DNA of 64,000 bases. Origin: Podospora anserina (Eukaryota). This document shows, piece by piece, positions 38,101-52,077 of this stretch. The stretch covers positions 3,286,001 to 3,350,000 of the forward strand of contig CM030333.1 in the NCBI GenBank assembly GCA_017654855.1. Direction: 5' to 3'. A model generated the notes under the pieces. It ran no database searches and was not told the DNA's origin. It was given only the letters and a program-made list of their open reading frames with translations. The number at the start of each line of letters is the position of its first letter. Within the stretch, counting starts at the first letter, position 1. Made by a program: the position numbers and the translations under genes.

Positions 38101-41100
38101 AATTGACCTGGCTGTTCAGAAATTGATGGAAACGCCAAAGCCTGGGAAAGGCCTGTCAAGTGTTGCGGCCAAACAATATGATGCCTACTACAAGAAGCAG
38201 GCCTTGAGTCTCATCACGGCCCAGGTGAAGCTCCGCATCGGGTTTGACAACCTTCCGGATGATCTTCCCCGTCTGGTACGGCTCCAGGCGCAGGACTTGG
38301 TGAAACGCAACAGGGCTGTCGATATTTCTGCCTTTGAAACCACCGATCGGGAGCGATCAATTGTCAAGAAGAACGAGGAAGAGGCGCTGCTGAAGCGGCT
38401 CATCAAGGCGCTTGTGTTTGCCGAGTCTATCCCAGCCTTCAAGTCGGAGGTGGATGGCTTTCTCATGAATCTTGCTCGGCATTTCACCATTGTCGAGGTC
38501 GGACGAGCACTGGTTGACATGAAGAGATTGGTCAGCCCGTTTGACCACAAAGCGGGCGAGGGACCTCTGTTCCTTGAATCTCGGGTGTTTTCCGACGCAA
38601 TTCTGGACTCGCTTGCATCAGAGAACCCCGAGATCAGAGAAGCAGCCGAGCGTATGATTAAGGAGGTGTACAATTCGGCCCTCACCATCTTCAACGACGC
38701 CAAAAATGTTTCGCGTCTTGCCTTCTTCAACACCTTGGCGTCTGCCTTTTGCCATGGATGCTATGAGGAGGAGTGGTTCACCAAGACCGGAGGCACGCTG
38801 GGGATCAAGTACCTGCTCAATGACATTGATCTCGGAGATCAATGGGTTGTGTCGAAGCAGATGGACTTGGTACGTGCTTTAATGTACGTCATCAAGGATA
38901 TGCCTCAGGATCTGTCAGAGAAGACCAGAAGATCGGCGCAGGTCACTCTTGAGATGCTCCTGACTAGACTCACCAAAGGGATCAAAAAGTCAGACTGCTT
39001 CCATCAACAGCCACCAACTCCTGCTGCAGGACAACAACCACAGCCACCGACACCCCAGTCGCAGGTCAACCCAAAGTTTGCTCGCATTCCCAATATCATT
39101 GTGATGCTGAATGGGGAGCTGTCCCACATGAACCGCCATGTGCGTGAGACGGCACGCCGTTCCCTCGAGTTGATCGCCAAAGCTGCTGGCGCCGAGGTGT
39201 GGGAGTTGCTTGAGCCAAACAAGGCACAGTTGCTGCGGCCGATTTTCAACAAGCCTCTGCGTGCGCTTCCATTCGCTATTCAGATCGGCTTTGTGGATGC
39301 CGTCTCCTACTACATGTCTCTCAAGAAGGATTTCGTCCCCTTTGACAGCGATCTCAACAGACTGCTTATGGAGTCTCTGGCTCTGGCTGATGCCAGTGAT
39401 GATTCGCTCGCTCAGAAGGCCCTCGAGTTCAGGACACAGCACTTCATTGTGAATCTCCGTGTCTCTTGCATCAAGATTCTCAGCAGCGCCATGAGCTTCG
39501 ATGAGTTTGGGCAAGGGCAGAATAACCCGACGAGGGGCAAGGTTGTCGGCGTGTTTTTCAAGTGCCTCTACTCGGACTCTCAGCCTACGATCGAGGCAGC
39601 CAACAATGCTTTGAGGTCTGTCCTCCAGCATACGACCAAGCTTCCCAAAGATCTGCTCCAGTCGGGGCTTCGGCCTGTTCTCGCTAGTCTTCAGGACGCC
39701 AAGCGATTGACTGTCCATAGTTTGGAGAATCTTGCCCGGTTGCTTAGACTCTTGACGACTTATTTCAAGGTCGAGATCGGTTCCCGTCTGCTGGATCACA
39801 TCAAGCAGATCGCCGATCCGGCCTTCCTGCAGGAGGCATCCTTTACCTTTTTCGAGCAACAGCAGTCGATGAAGGTCATTGCTGCCGTGTTCAACATCTT
39901 CCACTTGCTGCCGGATGCTGCCAGGCACTTCAAGGAGCGGGTTGTTGACAACGTCCTTGACCTGGAAGAGAAGCTGAGACGGACTCATCTCAGCCCTTTC
40001 CGTGTGCCGCTTTACCGCTACCTCAACAAGTATGCTACGGATGTTTGGGCCATGTTTATTGGCAAGTTGGACGAGCTGAAATATGGCCGGTTCATGTCCC
40101 AGGCTCTCCGACACCCAGACAGCCAGGAGCTCCGGGCGTGGGGTGCTGCGAATGTGGACACCATCATGAAAAGGTGCATCACGGCTGGCCAGCAGAACAA
40201 GGACAACAAGTTCGTTGCCATTGTCAACACTATCAACCTGCTGGATGCTCTCTGTCAGTTCCCCAGCTCCAACCTCATGTACTGGTTGGACGGCAAGGAG
40301 CGCATCGACTGGCTCAAGCAGGTCGGCAAGGAGCTTGAACGCAGTTTGAAGAACAACTCCTTGCCACCATACCTGCGCCTGCCAGCTGATCAAGCATCTG
40401 AACAGCTCATGAGCATCCTCACCAAGGCTCTGGAGCGCAAGCCTGAGGACTTGGAGCCATTGCTCAGCTTGATCGAGTCTGTCACTGCCGATGACTTCCG
40501 CGAGACGCAGGTTCTGCTCTCGCACATTTACAAGCACATCATCTGCAGCAACAGTATCGATTTCTGGAGAGCGGTGGTGCTGCGGTGTCTTGACATCTAT
40601 GCGGGGAGAACGGCCTCTCAGCGGACGAAATGGTATCTCATCCACAACATTGTCAACCCGATTCTCGCGATGGACGTCATGCGCCACTGGCCTAACAAGA
40701 CCACTGGCCCAAAGTTCCTGGACAAGTCCGTAATTGACTCGATCAACACCAAGATCTGGAGGGCGAATCCAACGGGCCCCCATGACGACCTTTCTCAGCC
40801 CCGCATCGATCACACGAGAATGGAGGTACTGCAGCTTTCGGCGATGCTCGTCAAGTATCACAGTGGGATGCTTGAATCTTTTAGGAAAGACTTCATCAAG
40901 TTTGGCTGGACCTACATCCGTCTGGATGATGTTATCAACAAGCATGCGGCGTATGTGGTAATAGGTTACTTCATCGCCCATTACGAAACACCCGTCAAGA
41001 TCGTGACCCAGATTTACTCGTCTTTGCTAAAGACAAACCAGAACGAGGGGCGGTCCCTCGTCACGCAGGCATTGGAGTTGATGGCACCTGTTATGCCCAA

Positions 41101-44100
41101 GCATTGCGCGGTCAGTCCAGGTGATCGAAACCCGCCTTGGGCTATGGCACCCCGCCGGATTTTGGCCGAGGAGAGCCAGAACGCACAGCAGATCGCTTGC
41201 ATTTTCCAGTTTTTGGTCCGGCATCCGACCCTGTTCTACGATTCCCGTGATAAGTTCGCCATGGTCATTATTCAGTGTCTCCGCAAGGTCGCGTCTCCTC
41301 CGAACCCATCCAACGAAAGCAAGAAGCTTGCGTTGAACATGATGTGGCTCATCTGGGAGTGGGAGAAGCAAAGGGTGGAAGGGAAGCCCACCGAGCCACC
41401 TCGTGCCTTGTCCGAGTCACCAAATACGAAGAAGCGGAGGCTTGAGGACGCCACAGGCTCTTCTCCTTCGGCCACTAGACAGCCGGAGCGTGGTGAATAC
41501 CAGATTCCTGCGTTGGCCCGTCAGAAGATGATCAAGTATCTGGTGGAGTTCATTGCTCAGCTCAATGAGCGTTACCCGCTTCCCTCTGCAAGGCCGCATG
41601 CCGCCGCGACACCATCTCTTCCCGCACCGGCTCCGCCTTCGACTGATCTGTGCTGCAAGGCCCTGACCCTGCTTTACAACCTTTTGCAGCCTCAGTACTG
41701 GGGAGATCTCGAAGTAGACTTGTTCCCCAACGTCACTGATCTCGTTCTTGTCAGCGACAAGGCTGTGGCTGTTCTCACGGCGGAGCCATCCGGGGACAAG
41801 GAAAGTCCCAAATTTGACGACAAGTTCACCACCAACATCATCAATACTCTGCAGGTTGTTCGGACCATCCTCAATTTCAAGTCTGATGACTGGATCCAGA
41901 AGAACATGACCCAGATCCAGCGGATTCTGGAGAAGTGTCTCAAGTGCGAAAACCCTGAGATCCAGGACTGCTTGCATTATGACGACGGGGGGTATCACGG
42001 TGACCTGGACATCAAGCCGATCGTCAAGCGCATTCTTGATGCCGTTCCCGAAGACGTCCCCATGGAGGATGCCGATGCTGATGGCGAGACCGAGGCGCAG
42101 ACTTCCGAGATTATCACTTTCTTGTCCAACATTGCTACTGAAAGCATGAATGCTGGCAACTACGTTTCTGGTATCAATATCCTATGGTCTCTTGGGCGCC
42201 GCAGGCCTGAGTCGATCGACCAGCACATACCTGCCATCATGAAGTCGTTGCAGGCAAAGCTGGCCAGGGACCATGTCTCTCATTATGCTTTTGTGGCCCA
42301 AACAACCACCGGAACGCGCCCAGCGGACGGCCAAAGCAGCGCAACTGAGATGAAGCCGTACGATCTTCAAGTCCAGACGTGCCTCATTCTCAAGGCTATC
42401 GAGGTTACTGCCTTGCGGATGGACATCCTTGGAGACAACCGCCGCCCTTTTCTAAGTGTGTTGGCGACCCTTGTGGAGAAGTCGTTGCATGTCGAGCTGT
42501 GTGAGAAGATCCTGGAGATGGTTGAGGGCTGGGTGTTCCGCTCCGAGGGTACATGGCCGTCCTTGAAGGAGAAAACGGCCGTGTTGCACAAGATGGTCAC
42601 TTTTGAGCATCGCCAAGATCCGAAACTGCTGATGAAGTTTTTGGACCTCGTCATTCGCATCTATGAGGATCCCAAGATCACGCGGACGGAGCTCACGGTG
42701 CGTTTGGAACATGCGTTCCTTATTGGCACAAGAGCTCAGGATGTCGAGATGCGCAACAAGTTCATGTCCATCTTTGACAAGAGCTTGTCCAAGACAGCGA
42801 GCACTCGACTGGCGTATGTCATCCTGAACCAGAACTGGGAGACGCTGGGCGAGTCATACTGGTTGGCCCAGGCATCACAGCTTCTACTTGGTGGTGTCGA
42901 CATGAACCCCACGATTCAGCTTCAGAGCGACGACTTCCGAACGCTGCCACTTTCGGCTCTTGCTGGTGTTTATGCCAAGGATTCTCGCGAGCCAGAGCTG
43001 ATTCCTGATGACAAGTATGAGGCTTTCATGGCGGGCCATCGCCGGTTCATTTCGGAGATTGGTGACGTGAGGGTCCGTGATGTTCTTGAGCCCATCACTC
43101 AGTTGCAGCACATCGATCCCAAGCTTTCCGACCAGCTTTGGGTGGCTTTGTTTCCCATGTTCTGGTCTGCCACAGCCAAGGAGGACCGGGCTGATCTCGA
43201 GCGCGGAATGGTGACTCTCCTGACCAAGGATTACCACTCCCGCCAGATTGACAAGAGACCAAATGTGGTCCAGTCTCTTATGAATGCCGCGGTTCGCACT
43301 TGGCCTGACTGCAAGATCCCGCCTCATGTGCTCAAGTTCACGGCCAAGACATATGATGCGTGGTACACGGCCCTGTATCAGCTGGAGAAGGCTGCCATCA
43401 AGCCCGAGATCGACTCGGTGGCTGTTCGGGAGAGCAACCTGGACGCTCTGGTTGAGCTTTATGCTTCGCTTGGGGAGGAAGATTTGTTTTATGGCACCTG
43501 GCGTAGGCGTTGCCAGTTTGTGGAAAGCAATGCCGCCTTGTCGTATGAGCAGCATGGCATGTGGGAGAAGGCTCAGCGCATGTATGAAAACGCGCAAATC
43601 AAGGCTAGGACAGGTGTCGTGCCGTTTTCGGAGTCGGAGTACATGCTGTGGGAGGACCAGTGGGTGATTTGCGCGCAGAAGCTTCAACAGTGGGACGTCC
43701 TCCAGGACTTTGCCAAGCACGAGAACTTCCAGGACCTTGTGCTTGAGTGCGCTTGGCGGAGTCAGGAGTATTGGCAGAACGCCGAGAACAGGGAGGGTCT
43801 TGACACGATAATTGCGGGTGTCATGGACGCGCCGACACCAAGACGCGCGTTCTTCAGGGCGTTTATGTCGCTGATCAAGTTTTACCACAAGCAGGAGAGT
43901 TTGCAAGACTTCAACCGTCATGTCGACGAGGCCATTCAACTGTCAATCCGCAAGTGGCATCAGCTTCCTGAGCGTCTCACGGCTGCGCATATCCCGGTTC
44001 TGCAAAACTTCCAGCAGCTCGTCGAGCTGCACGATGCTAGCATCATCTGCACGAGCCTTGCCAACACCACCCAGCAGAACCTTGATGTCAAGTCGGGCGA

Positions 44101-46933
44101 GCTCAAGCTGCTACTCACGACGTGGCGCGATCGCCTGCCAAATACATGGGACGATATTGTGGCCTGGCATGATCTGGTAACTTGGAGACAGCACATCTTT
44201 GGGCTGATCAACAACACCTATCTTCAGCTGGTTCCCGCGCAGGGACAGAATGCTGGTGGCGCTTCGTATGCCTACCGTGGATATCACGAGACGGCATGGA
44301 TTATCAACCGCTTTGCTCACGTCGCGCGAAAGCACGCCTTGCCGGATGTCTGCGTGACTCAACTCACGCGGATCTACACGCTCCCCAACATTGAAATCCA
44401 GGAAGCCTTCCTCAAGCTCCGTGAGCAGGCCAAGTGCCATTATCAGAACGCCGATGAGCTTACCAACGGTTTGGACGTGATCAACAACACCAACCTCAAC
44501 TACTTCAACACGACACAAAAGGCCGAGTTTTACACTCTCAAGGGCATGTTCCAGGAGAAGCTTGGCCAGAAGGAGGAGGCCGACGGCTCCTACGGCACGG
44601 CGTTGTACTATGACATCACCGCAGCCAAGGCGTGGGCCGAATGGGGCTACTTCAACGACCGAAAGTTCAAGGACAACCCGGCAGACTTGAGCACGGCGAA
44701 GCAGGCTGTGACGAGCTATCTGCAGGCTGCTTCCAGCTACAAGAACTACAAGTCTCGGAAGCTGGTCGCTCGGATTCTCTGGCTTCTCAGCCTGGATGAT
44801 GCCAATGGCACCATTGCCGGAGGGTTTGATGATTTCAAGGGGGATATTCACGTCTGGTGGTGGATCACGTTTGTGCCGCAGCTTCTCAATGGCATCTCGC
44901 ACAAAGAGGCGCCGAGGGTGTTTGCCATTCTCATCAAGATTGCCAAGACGTTCCCTCAGGCGCTTTACTTCCAGCTTCGCACCAGCAAGGAAGATTATCT
45001 TGCCATCAAGAAGGCGCAGGAGAACAAGGCTCGACAGCGCAGTCAGCAAGCTGCTGCTGCTGCTGCCAACAAGCCTAACGGGTCACCAGCGGTTGCCAAG
45101 CAGGAAGCAGGAGCTGCCGGAGCGAAGACAGAGGGAGCTGATGGGTCGAGACCTGCCACGGCGAACGGCGATGCCAACCAGGTCAAGACTGAGCCTAAGG
45201 AGGCCGGCAATCCCAACAATGCTGCTCCTGTGCCGGCCGAGCAGCAAGCAGGTCACAAGAAGCAGCCCTGGGAGCTCACTGAGGATATCATGAGCGTGCT
45301 CAAGACTGCGTTCCCTCTGCTGGCTCTGTCGATGGAGACAATGGTGGATATGATTCAGAAGCACTTCAAGTGCCCGCCTGATGATGATGCGTACCGCTTG
45401 ATTGTGGCCTTGTTCAACGACAGCCTGTCGTATGTGAGCCGGTCGCCACAGCTGTACGCCAGAGAGGTCAAGCTTCCCCAGGCAACCGAGTCCAACATTA
45501 TCAAATTTGCGGAGACGATACTCCCAGCTCACATCCGAAGCTCCTTCGAGGCCGACTTTGTGAGAGTTAAACCCACCATGTATGAGTACATTCACAAACT
45601 GAGGAAGTGGCGCGACAAGTTCGAAGAGAAGCTGGACCGCCGCCAGACACCGCAGCCACTGGAGTCGTTTGCGCATTACTCTCCGCACCTCAGCGAGTTC
45701 CGGTACCAAAAGTTTGACGATGTCGAGGTCCCGGGACAATACCTCCAGCACAAGGACAAGAACCAGGACTTCATACGGATCGAGCGGTTCTTGCCCAACG
45801 TCGACCTTGTGCGCAACACGGGTTCCACGCACCGCCGTCTCAAGATTCGTGGCCATGACGGAAGCATGCATGCGTTTATGGTTCAGCATCCTGCCCATCG
45901 CCAGTGCCGTCGTGAGGAGCGCGTCTTGCAACTGTTCCGTCAACTCAACCAGACACTAGCCAGCAAGAAGGAGAGCCGTCGCCGCGATCTGCAGTTCACG
46001 TTGCCGTTGATGATTCCGATTGCGCCAACATTCCGTCTAGTTCAGGAGGACACTTCTTGGATCTCGCTCCAGGCCATCTACGAGGACCACTGCCGTCGGA
46101 ACAGTATTTCCAAGGACGAGCCCATCATGTACACCATGGAAAAGCTTAGAGCGCTCATGGACAACAAGGGAGGTGTAAGTTTTTCCCGCTCCGGCCCCCC
46201 GGGACATTCTGGACCAGCCCACCCTAACCAGGCCCTGACTCCGCAGCAGAAACAAGAGCAGTTGAATACGGCTCGTCTGGAGGTGATGCGTGCGATTCAG
46301 GAAAAGTATGTCGACCACACCATCGCGTTGGAGTACTTCCAGCTGGCCTACCCCGACTTTTCCGAGTTTTGGCTGTTCCGTCGCCGGTTTGCCTACCAGC
46401 TGGCGGCGCTGACGTTTATGACGTACACGCTTCACATCGACAAGCGATACCCCAACAAGTTTAACATTTCCAGAAAGACGGGCAACATCTGGGGCTCCGA
46501 GCTCCTTTCGCAGATTGCCCAAAACCGACCAATCTTTTACCACTCGGAGCACGTACCTTTCCGGCTGACACCCAACATGCAGACGTTGATGGGCCCCCTG
46601 GCGACGGAGGGGATCTTTGCCGCGTCCATCATGGCGATTGCGCGGTGCCTGACGGAGCCGCAGTTCCAGCTGGAGCATGCCCTGACGCTGTATGTGAGGG
46701 ACGAGATGATGTTTTGGTTCACGTCTAACAGGACGACGGGCCTGACGGAGACTCAGCTGCGGGAGACGGTGCAGGCGAACTGCGATATTGTGGTCAAGAA
46801 AGCGGTTTCGTTGGCGCAGGCTCCGGCGGCGAACCTGCCGGCGCATCAGACGGTTATTGACTTGATTAGCAAGGCGGTTAATCCGGTTAGTTTGGCAGTT
46901 ACGCTGGATCCGTTGTGGATGCCTTGGTTGTGA
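35179..46933 (+). CDS. TRA1: Tra1/TRRAP, PIKK-family pseudokinase subunit of SAGA and NuA4; intron 35234-35300 and probable intron 46175-46246/46249
   Basis: ~3,870-aa HEAT/FAT/PI3K-like/FATC protein with [39 protein letters not shown] and terminal DPLWMPWL; first intron GTAAGG..GCTGAC..CAG joins DI/E-LRVK. Confidence 0.97.
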
Positions 46934-47529
46934 GGGGGGGAAGGGGGAAGGTGTATGATATGGGGGGTGATTTGGTGATGGATGGGCACGAGAATGAATA
47001 ACATGGTGATTTTATTTAAGGGGGTTATGGGAGTGAGCGTTTGCATTTGTTATATGGATGGGTTGATCACAGCGAAGGATTTGTCATGGTTTATATATGG
47101 GTCTGGGAGAAGCGGGAAAAGATGGGATTATGTGACGGGGTGTGGGATTAGATTTGAGGTTTATGGGGTGTTTGATACCAATAATGCCATGTTTTTGTTT
47201 ACACTTTTGCTGACCCTGAGAGTTTATTGATGTTTGAGTGTGGCAAGTGAAATATGGCCCGTGCACCCTTCCAAGACCTCACCTGAGTTCGCGACCCCGC
47301 CAAATCGCGTCGGGTCTCTCTTGGCAGCCGCGTCCCCCAGGTCGATCACAGTTGCGCCTTGCAAAATATTGACATTTGGTCGCAAGGTGGATTCCTGGAA
47401 GGGACGTGGTCGACAATTGGGCAGGTTTGCTTGACCATTCGAACAAAACCGTATTTGCTCAATCTCATGTCGACATCCACCTTGGTTCATTTCCAACACC
47501 CAAACTGCCACCAACACCAACCCATGAAC

Positions 47530-47562
47530 CATCATCACCACCACCACCACCACCACCACCAC
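47530..47562. repeat. (CAT/CAC)n trinucleotide repeat just upstream of the CDC16 ATG
   Basis: CATCAT followed by a CAC run. Confidence 0.85.
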
Positions 47563-47576
47563 CCGCCCTCATCAGC

Positions 47577-49651
47577 ATGGCAACAACCGCGCACCAATCC
47601 TCCTCCTCCAACAACTCCAACATGGAGAAATTCCTCCGCTCCTGGCGGCAGGACGCCATGAACAAAGCCCAGTACGATTCCGCGATTTTTATTGGGGACA
47701 AATTACTAGCCATGACGAGTCCGTTCCCCTCTTGCCCTCCTCCCCTCCCGTCACTAACTGTGTCAAAACAGAAGACGACAACGACGCCTTCTTCCTCGCC
47801 CAAGTGCACTTCGCAGCCGGCAACCACACCCGCGCCCACTCTTTACTCTCCCGGCACAGCCTTATCAATCGCAACCCCGCCTGCCGCTACCTGGCCGCGC
47901 ACTGTCTCATCAAGCAGGGCTTGTACTCTGAAGCGTTGAGCCTGTTGGGTGAGCACAGCCCGCGGCATTTATTTTCCCGCACAGGGGAGGAGGAGGGACC
48001 AAGGCGGAAGACGAGCCGGACAACGGGGAATAATACTACGACAAAGGCTGGGGGGGATGGGAAAGTAAAGTCGAGATTGCGGATCCATGATGGGCAGCAG
48101 GAAGAAGAAGAAGATGAAGGGCGGACAACACGAAAATACGAAGCGGCCATGTGTCACCTCCGCGGGTTATGTTTTGCAAAACAAAACGCCTTTGACCGTG
48201 CAAAGGAGGCTTACAAGGATGCGCTGAGGATTGATGTGCAGTGCTATGAGGCGTTTAGTCAGCTGGTGAAGAATAACCTCATGTCTCCCGATGAGGAGGA
48301 TGAGTTTATGAGCTTGTTGGATTTTGGGTCTGTCGGCTCGGAGAGGGGGGAGGAAGAGCCGGGTGATTACACGCACATGCTCTACCAGACGCAGCTGTCC
48401 AAGTATCGACACCCGATGGCGTTTAATACTGCTGTGGAGAGCTTAACTACTCATTACGGCTTGGAAGGAAACGCGGACATCATGCTTGCGAGGGCGGACC
48501 AGCTGTACACGCAGTGCAGGTTTAAGGACGCGCTTGCGGTGACGGAGCGGGTGCTGGAGGGGGATCGGTTCAACTTTGGGGTGTACCCGATCCATCTGGC
48601 GTGCTTGTATGAGCTGAAGCGGACGAATGTCTTGTTCCTCATCGCGCACGAGCTGGCGGATAGTTACCCAGAGGAACCGGCTTCGTGGCTGGCGGTGGGG
48701 ATATACTACTTTGCGACTGGCAAGATTGCCGAGGCGAGGAGGTATTTCAGCAAGGCCAGCATGATGGACCCCAACTTTGGGCCGGCCTGGATCGGGTTTG
48801 CGCACACGTTTGCTGCCGAGGGGGAGCACGACCAGGCGGTGACGGCGTACAGCACCGCGGCGAGGCTGTTTACGGGCACGCACCTGCCGCAGGTGTTTTT
48901 GGGGATGCAGAATCATGCCATGAACAACATGACGGCGGCGGAGGAGTTTTTGAGGACGGGGTATGGGCTTTGTAGGGAGGATCCGCTGTTGCTGAACGAG
49001 ATGGGCATTGTGTGTTATCATCAGGACCGGGCGAAGGAGGCGGCGGCGTTTTTTAGGGAGGCGTTACGGGTGGCGGAGGAGACGGAGAGTGAGAGTGGGG
49101 CTTGGCTGGGGGCGAGGACGAATTTGGGGCATGCTTATAGAAGGCTGAAGATGTGGGAGGAGGCGTTGGGGGAGTTTGATGCTGTGCTGAGGGAAGGGGG
49201 GAGGGACGCGGGGGTTTTTGCGGCGAAGGGGTTGATTTACTTGGATTTGGGACGGGCGGGGGACGCGGTGGAGGTGCTGCATGAGGCTTTGGGGATTTGG
49301 CCTCAGGATCCGATTGCTACTGAGCTGCTGGGTAAGGCGTTGGAGATGAGCATGGAGGGGGGTTTGGGGTTGGGGGGGGAGGGTGGGTTGGTGGTTCCTG
49401 GGGAGGAAGGGGAGGTGGTGGTGGAGGATGGGAAGGCGGGGGAGGGGAATGAGGAGATGGATAGGTTTGAGGAGGTTATCGAGCAGAGGAAAAAGGCGGC
49501 AAGAGAGAGGGTTGCCGGCAGGGGGCGAAATGGGGGGTCGCTTGACAAGGGGAAAGGGGTTGCTGGACGGGGGGGCGGCATGAGAACAGGTCTGGCGAGG
49601 GGTCAAGGGCCGTGGAATGCCGGAGACATGGACATGAGTGAAGAGGAGTAG
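47577..49651 (+). CDS. CDC16: Anaphase-promoting complex TPR subunit Cdc16/Cut9/APC6; exons 47577-47718, 47772-49651
   Basis: LRSWRQDAMNKAQYDSAIFIGDKLL, WLAVGIYY, ARRYFSKAS, FGPAWIGFAHTFAAEGEHDQA, NLGHAYRRL; intron GTCCGT..CTAAC..CAG. Confidence 0.93.
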
Positions 49652-49914
49652 GAGGGCCTCTTTCGCGAAGAGGATGTGGACGTTTGAGAAGTGTACGTAA
49701 TCGGACGACGACATGATGGACACTGTTTTGTGTACCTTTCTGCACTACATTAGCGATGGCGTTGGGTTATCAATAAGGCTGAATTAAGCATGGGCTGGCG
49801 GTTTGGTATGGTATGGCATAAAAGAGGTCAAGGATTGCGGTATGATAACTAGTCATTATAGAGGATCTGGGGTATTCATCCGTCCTTGTTCTTGTATTCG
49901 TCCATGTTTCGAGG

Positions 49915-52077
49915 TCAAAGCTTCTCCTTTGGCCCGACCAGCTCCTCCACCTTGGCGAACTGATAGTAAAAGTCCAGACTCTGGGGGTTGGCGAGGGTCC
50001 CGCTTGCTTTGATGGTCTGGCCGGAGACGATCTGCTTGACGGGAAGCTCGACCTTTTTGAGATTGATGGTGGTCTGTCATGTGTCAGTGCCGGGATCTCG
50101 CGGGGGGAAAAAGGATGAAAGGGAGAAGCCTACCGGGATTTCTGGCGTCTCAAAGATGTACTTGGGCACATGCCTCTTGCTCAGGTCGTCTGAAATCTTC
50201 TTCCTCAACTCATTTACCAACTCCCTTGTGAACTTGTGGCCCGGCTTCATCAACAGGAAAAGCATGACGCTCTCATCGGCATCTTGCTTCCTCCTCTGCC
50301 CCACGCAGAGGGAGTCCTGGATCTTGTCGGCAAACCACCTCTCGACAACGCCGTAGATTTCTGCTGAGCCGAATCTGACACCGGAGGGGTTGAGCACACC
50401 GTCTGCTCTGCCGAGGAAGGAGATGTTTCCTGTGACGGGGTGGATGACGCAGAAATCACCATGGGCCCAAACCCCGGGGAAGCGGTTGAAGTAGGAGCTG
50501 TGGTACTTTGACCCCGGGCTGGCAACCGGGAGCTTGTCGCCCCAGAAGGCGCAAGGAATGTTGGGGAAGGGTTTGACGGCGACGAGCTCGCCAGGCGTGC
50601 CGTGGGGGACTTCAACTCCTGGCTCTCCGTCTGGAAGAAGGGAGTCGTAAATGGCAACGTGTACGCCCAGAGATGGCCCCTGCGTCCCTCCAACGTAGAC
50701 GGGCGTCAGTGGGTTCATGATGCCAAAGCACCCAGCAATGTCAGTGCCGCCAGAGATATTCCCCAACTGGACATGCTTGGGAAAGCCAACATCATAGAAC
50801 CACTCAAACAGCTGATCCGACAAGACCATCCCGGTGCACGACACCGTCTCCAACGAACTCAAATCCGCCATCTCCCTCGGTGAGATGCCGGCCTTGGCCA
50901 ACTCAAACATCCACCTCGGGGAAATGCCCAGCTTTGTCGCCTTGTGCTTCGCAGCCAGTTCCACCAATATCTTCGCATCCGGCTGGAAAGGCGACCCATC
51001 ATAGAATATCGCCTTCCCCCCAAACAACAACGACCCAACATTCGCCAGATACATGATCCACCCCGTCGTGGTATACTGCAACGTAACACTGTCCGGCCCA
51101 ATCTGCTCGTGCAGCCTCCCCTCCTTGAAATAATTAATCAATATCCCCCCAACCGAGTGCACAATCGCCTTTGGCGTCCCCGTCGTCCCGCTGCTATAGC
51201 AAACCAACAACGGCTCACAAAACCCAACCCTCACAAACCCCGGCGGTGTCGGATTCCTCCCCGCCGCACCAACAAACTCATCCAGCGTCATCGCCCTCGG
51301 AACCTTCCTCACATCCCTCGCCTCCTCAAACCTCCTGATCGCCACCACCCCCTTGAAATTCTTGCAGTTACCCAACCCAGCCACAACCTCCCCCATCTTC
51401 CCCCGCAAGTCCACCACCCTGCCATTGTACAAAGCAGCATCATCCATAAACACCCAAACCGGATCAACCTGCTCCGCCCTCTGCAGGATCCCCTTCACCC
51501 CCATATCCGTCGAACTACTACTAAACACCGCGCCCACCCACGTGGTAGCCAGATAAACAAGCAGCGTCTCGATAGAATTAGCCCCCACAATAACGACCCT
51601 ATCCCCCTTCTTCACCCCCCGTTTCAGCATCGCGGCCGCCAACCTCCCCGCTTCTTTCCTAACTTCCCCGTACGTCACCTCCCTTGTCTCTGATCCCCCC
51701 TCCCTGATCTCCACAACAGCGACCTTGTCGTCTTCTTTATGTCTGGTTGATTGCTGCCCGTTTCTGGGGTCACGGGAGAAGAGCATGTTCTCTGCGAAAT
51801 TGAGGCAGACACCTTCAAACCAGACGGGGACTTGGTCGATTGTGGCTGTTTCGTCCACCACGGTGGTGTACGACCCCGAGTAGAGGTAGTCTGAGGCCTC
51901 GAAAACCGCAGACCAGAAGAGGGACCGTTGGGAGAGGGAGAACTGGTGGAGGTCGGAGAAGGACGACAGGGAGAGGTTGTGTTGGCGGTTGAGGGAGCGC
52001 ATGAAGCGGTGCATGAGGGTTGTTTCCGGGGCGGGGTGCTCCCAGAGCTTGCGGGGGATGGGGTGTGGTGTGGTCAT
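49915..52077 (-). CDS. Acetoacetyl-CoA synthetase (acetoacetate-CoA ligase); exons 52077-50134, 50073-49915
   Basis: LNFAEN, YSSGTTGTPKAIVH, ISGGTDI, WAHGDF, GRADGVLNPSGVRFGSAEIY; spliced last exon gives TTINLKKVELPVK..LANPQSL..KEKL*. Confidence 0.92.

Noticed and set aside
38990-40981. 663-aa ORF antisense to TRA1 (and similar ones at 42884-43939, 44111-45049)
   Set aside because: Shadow ORFs from codon bias of the sense gene; no recognizable domain.
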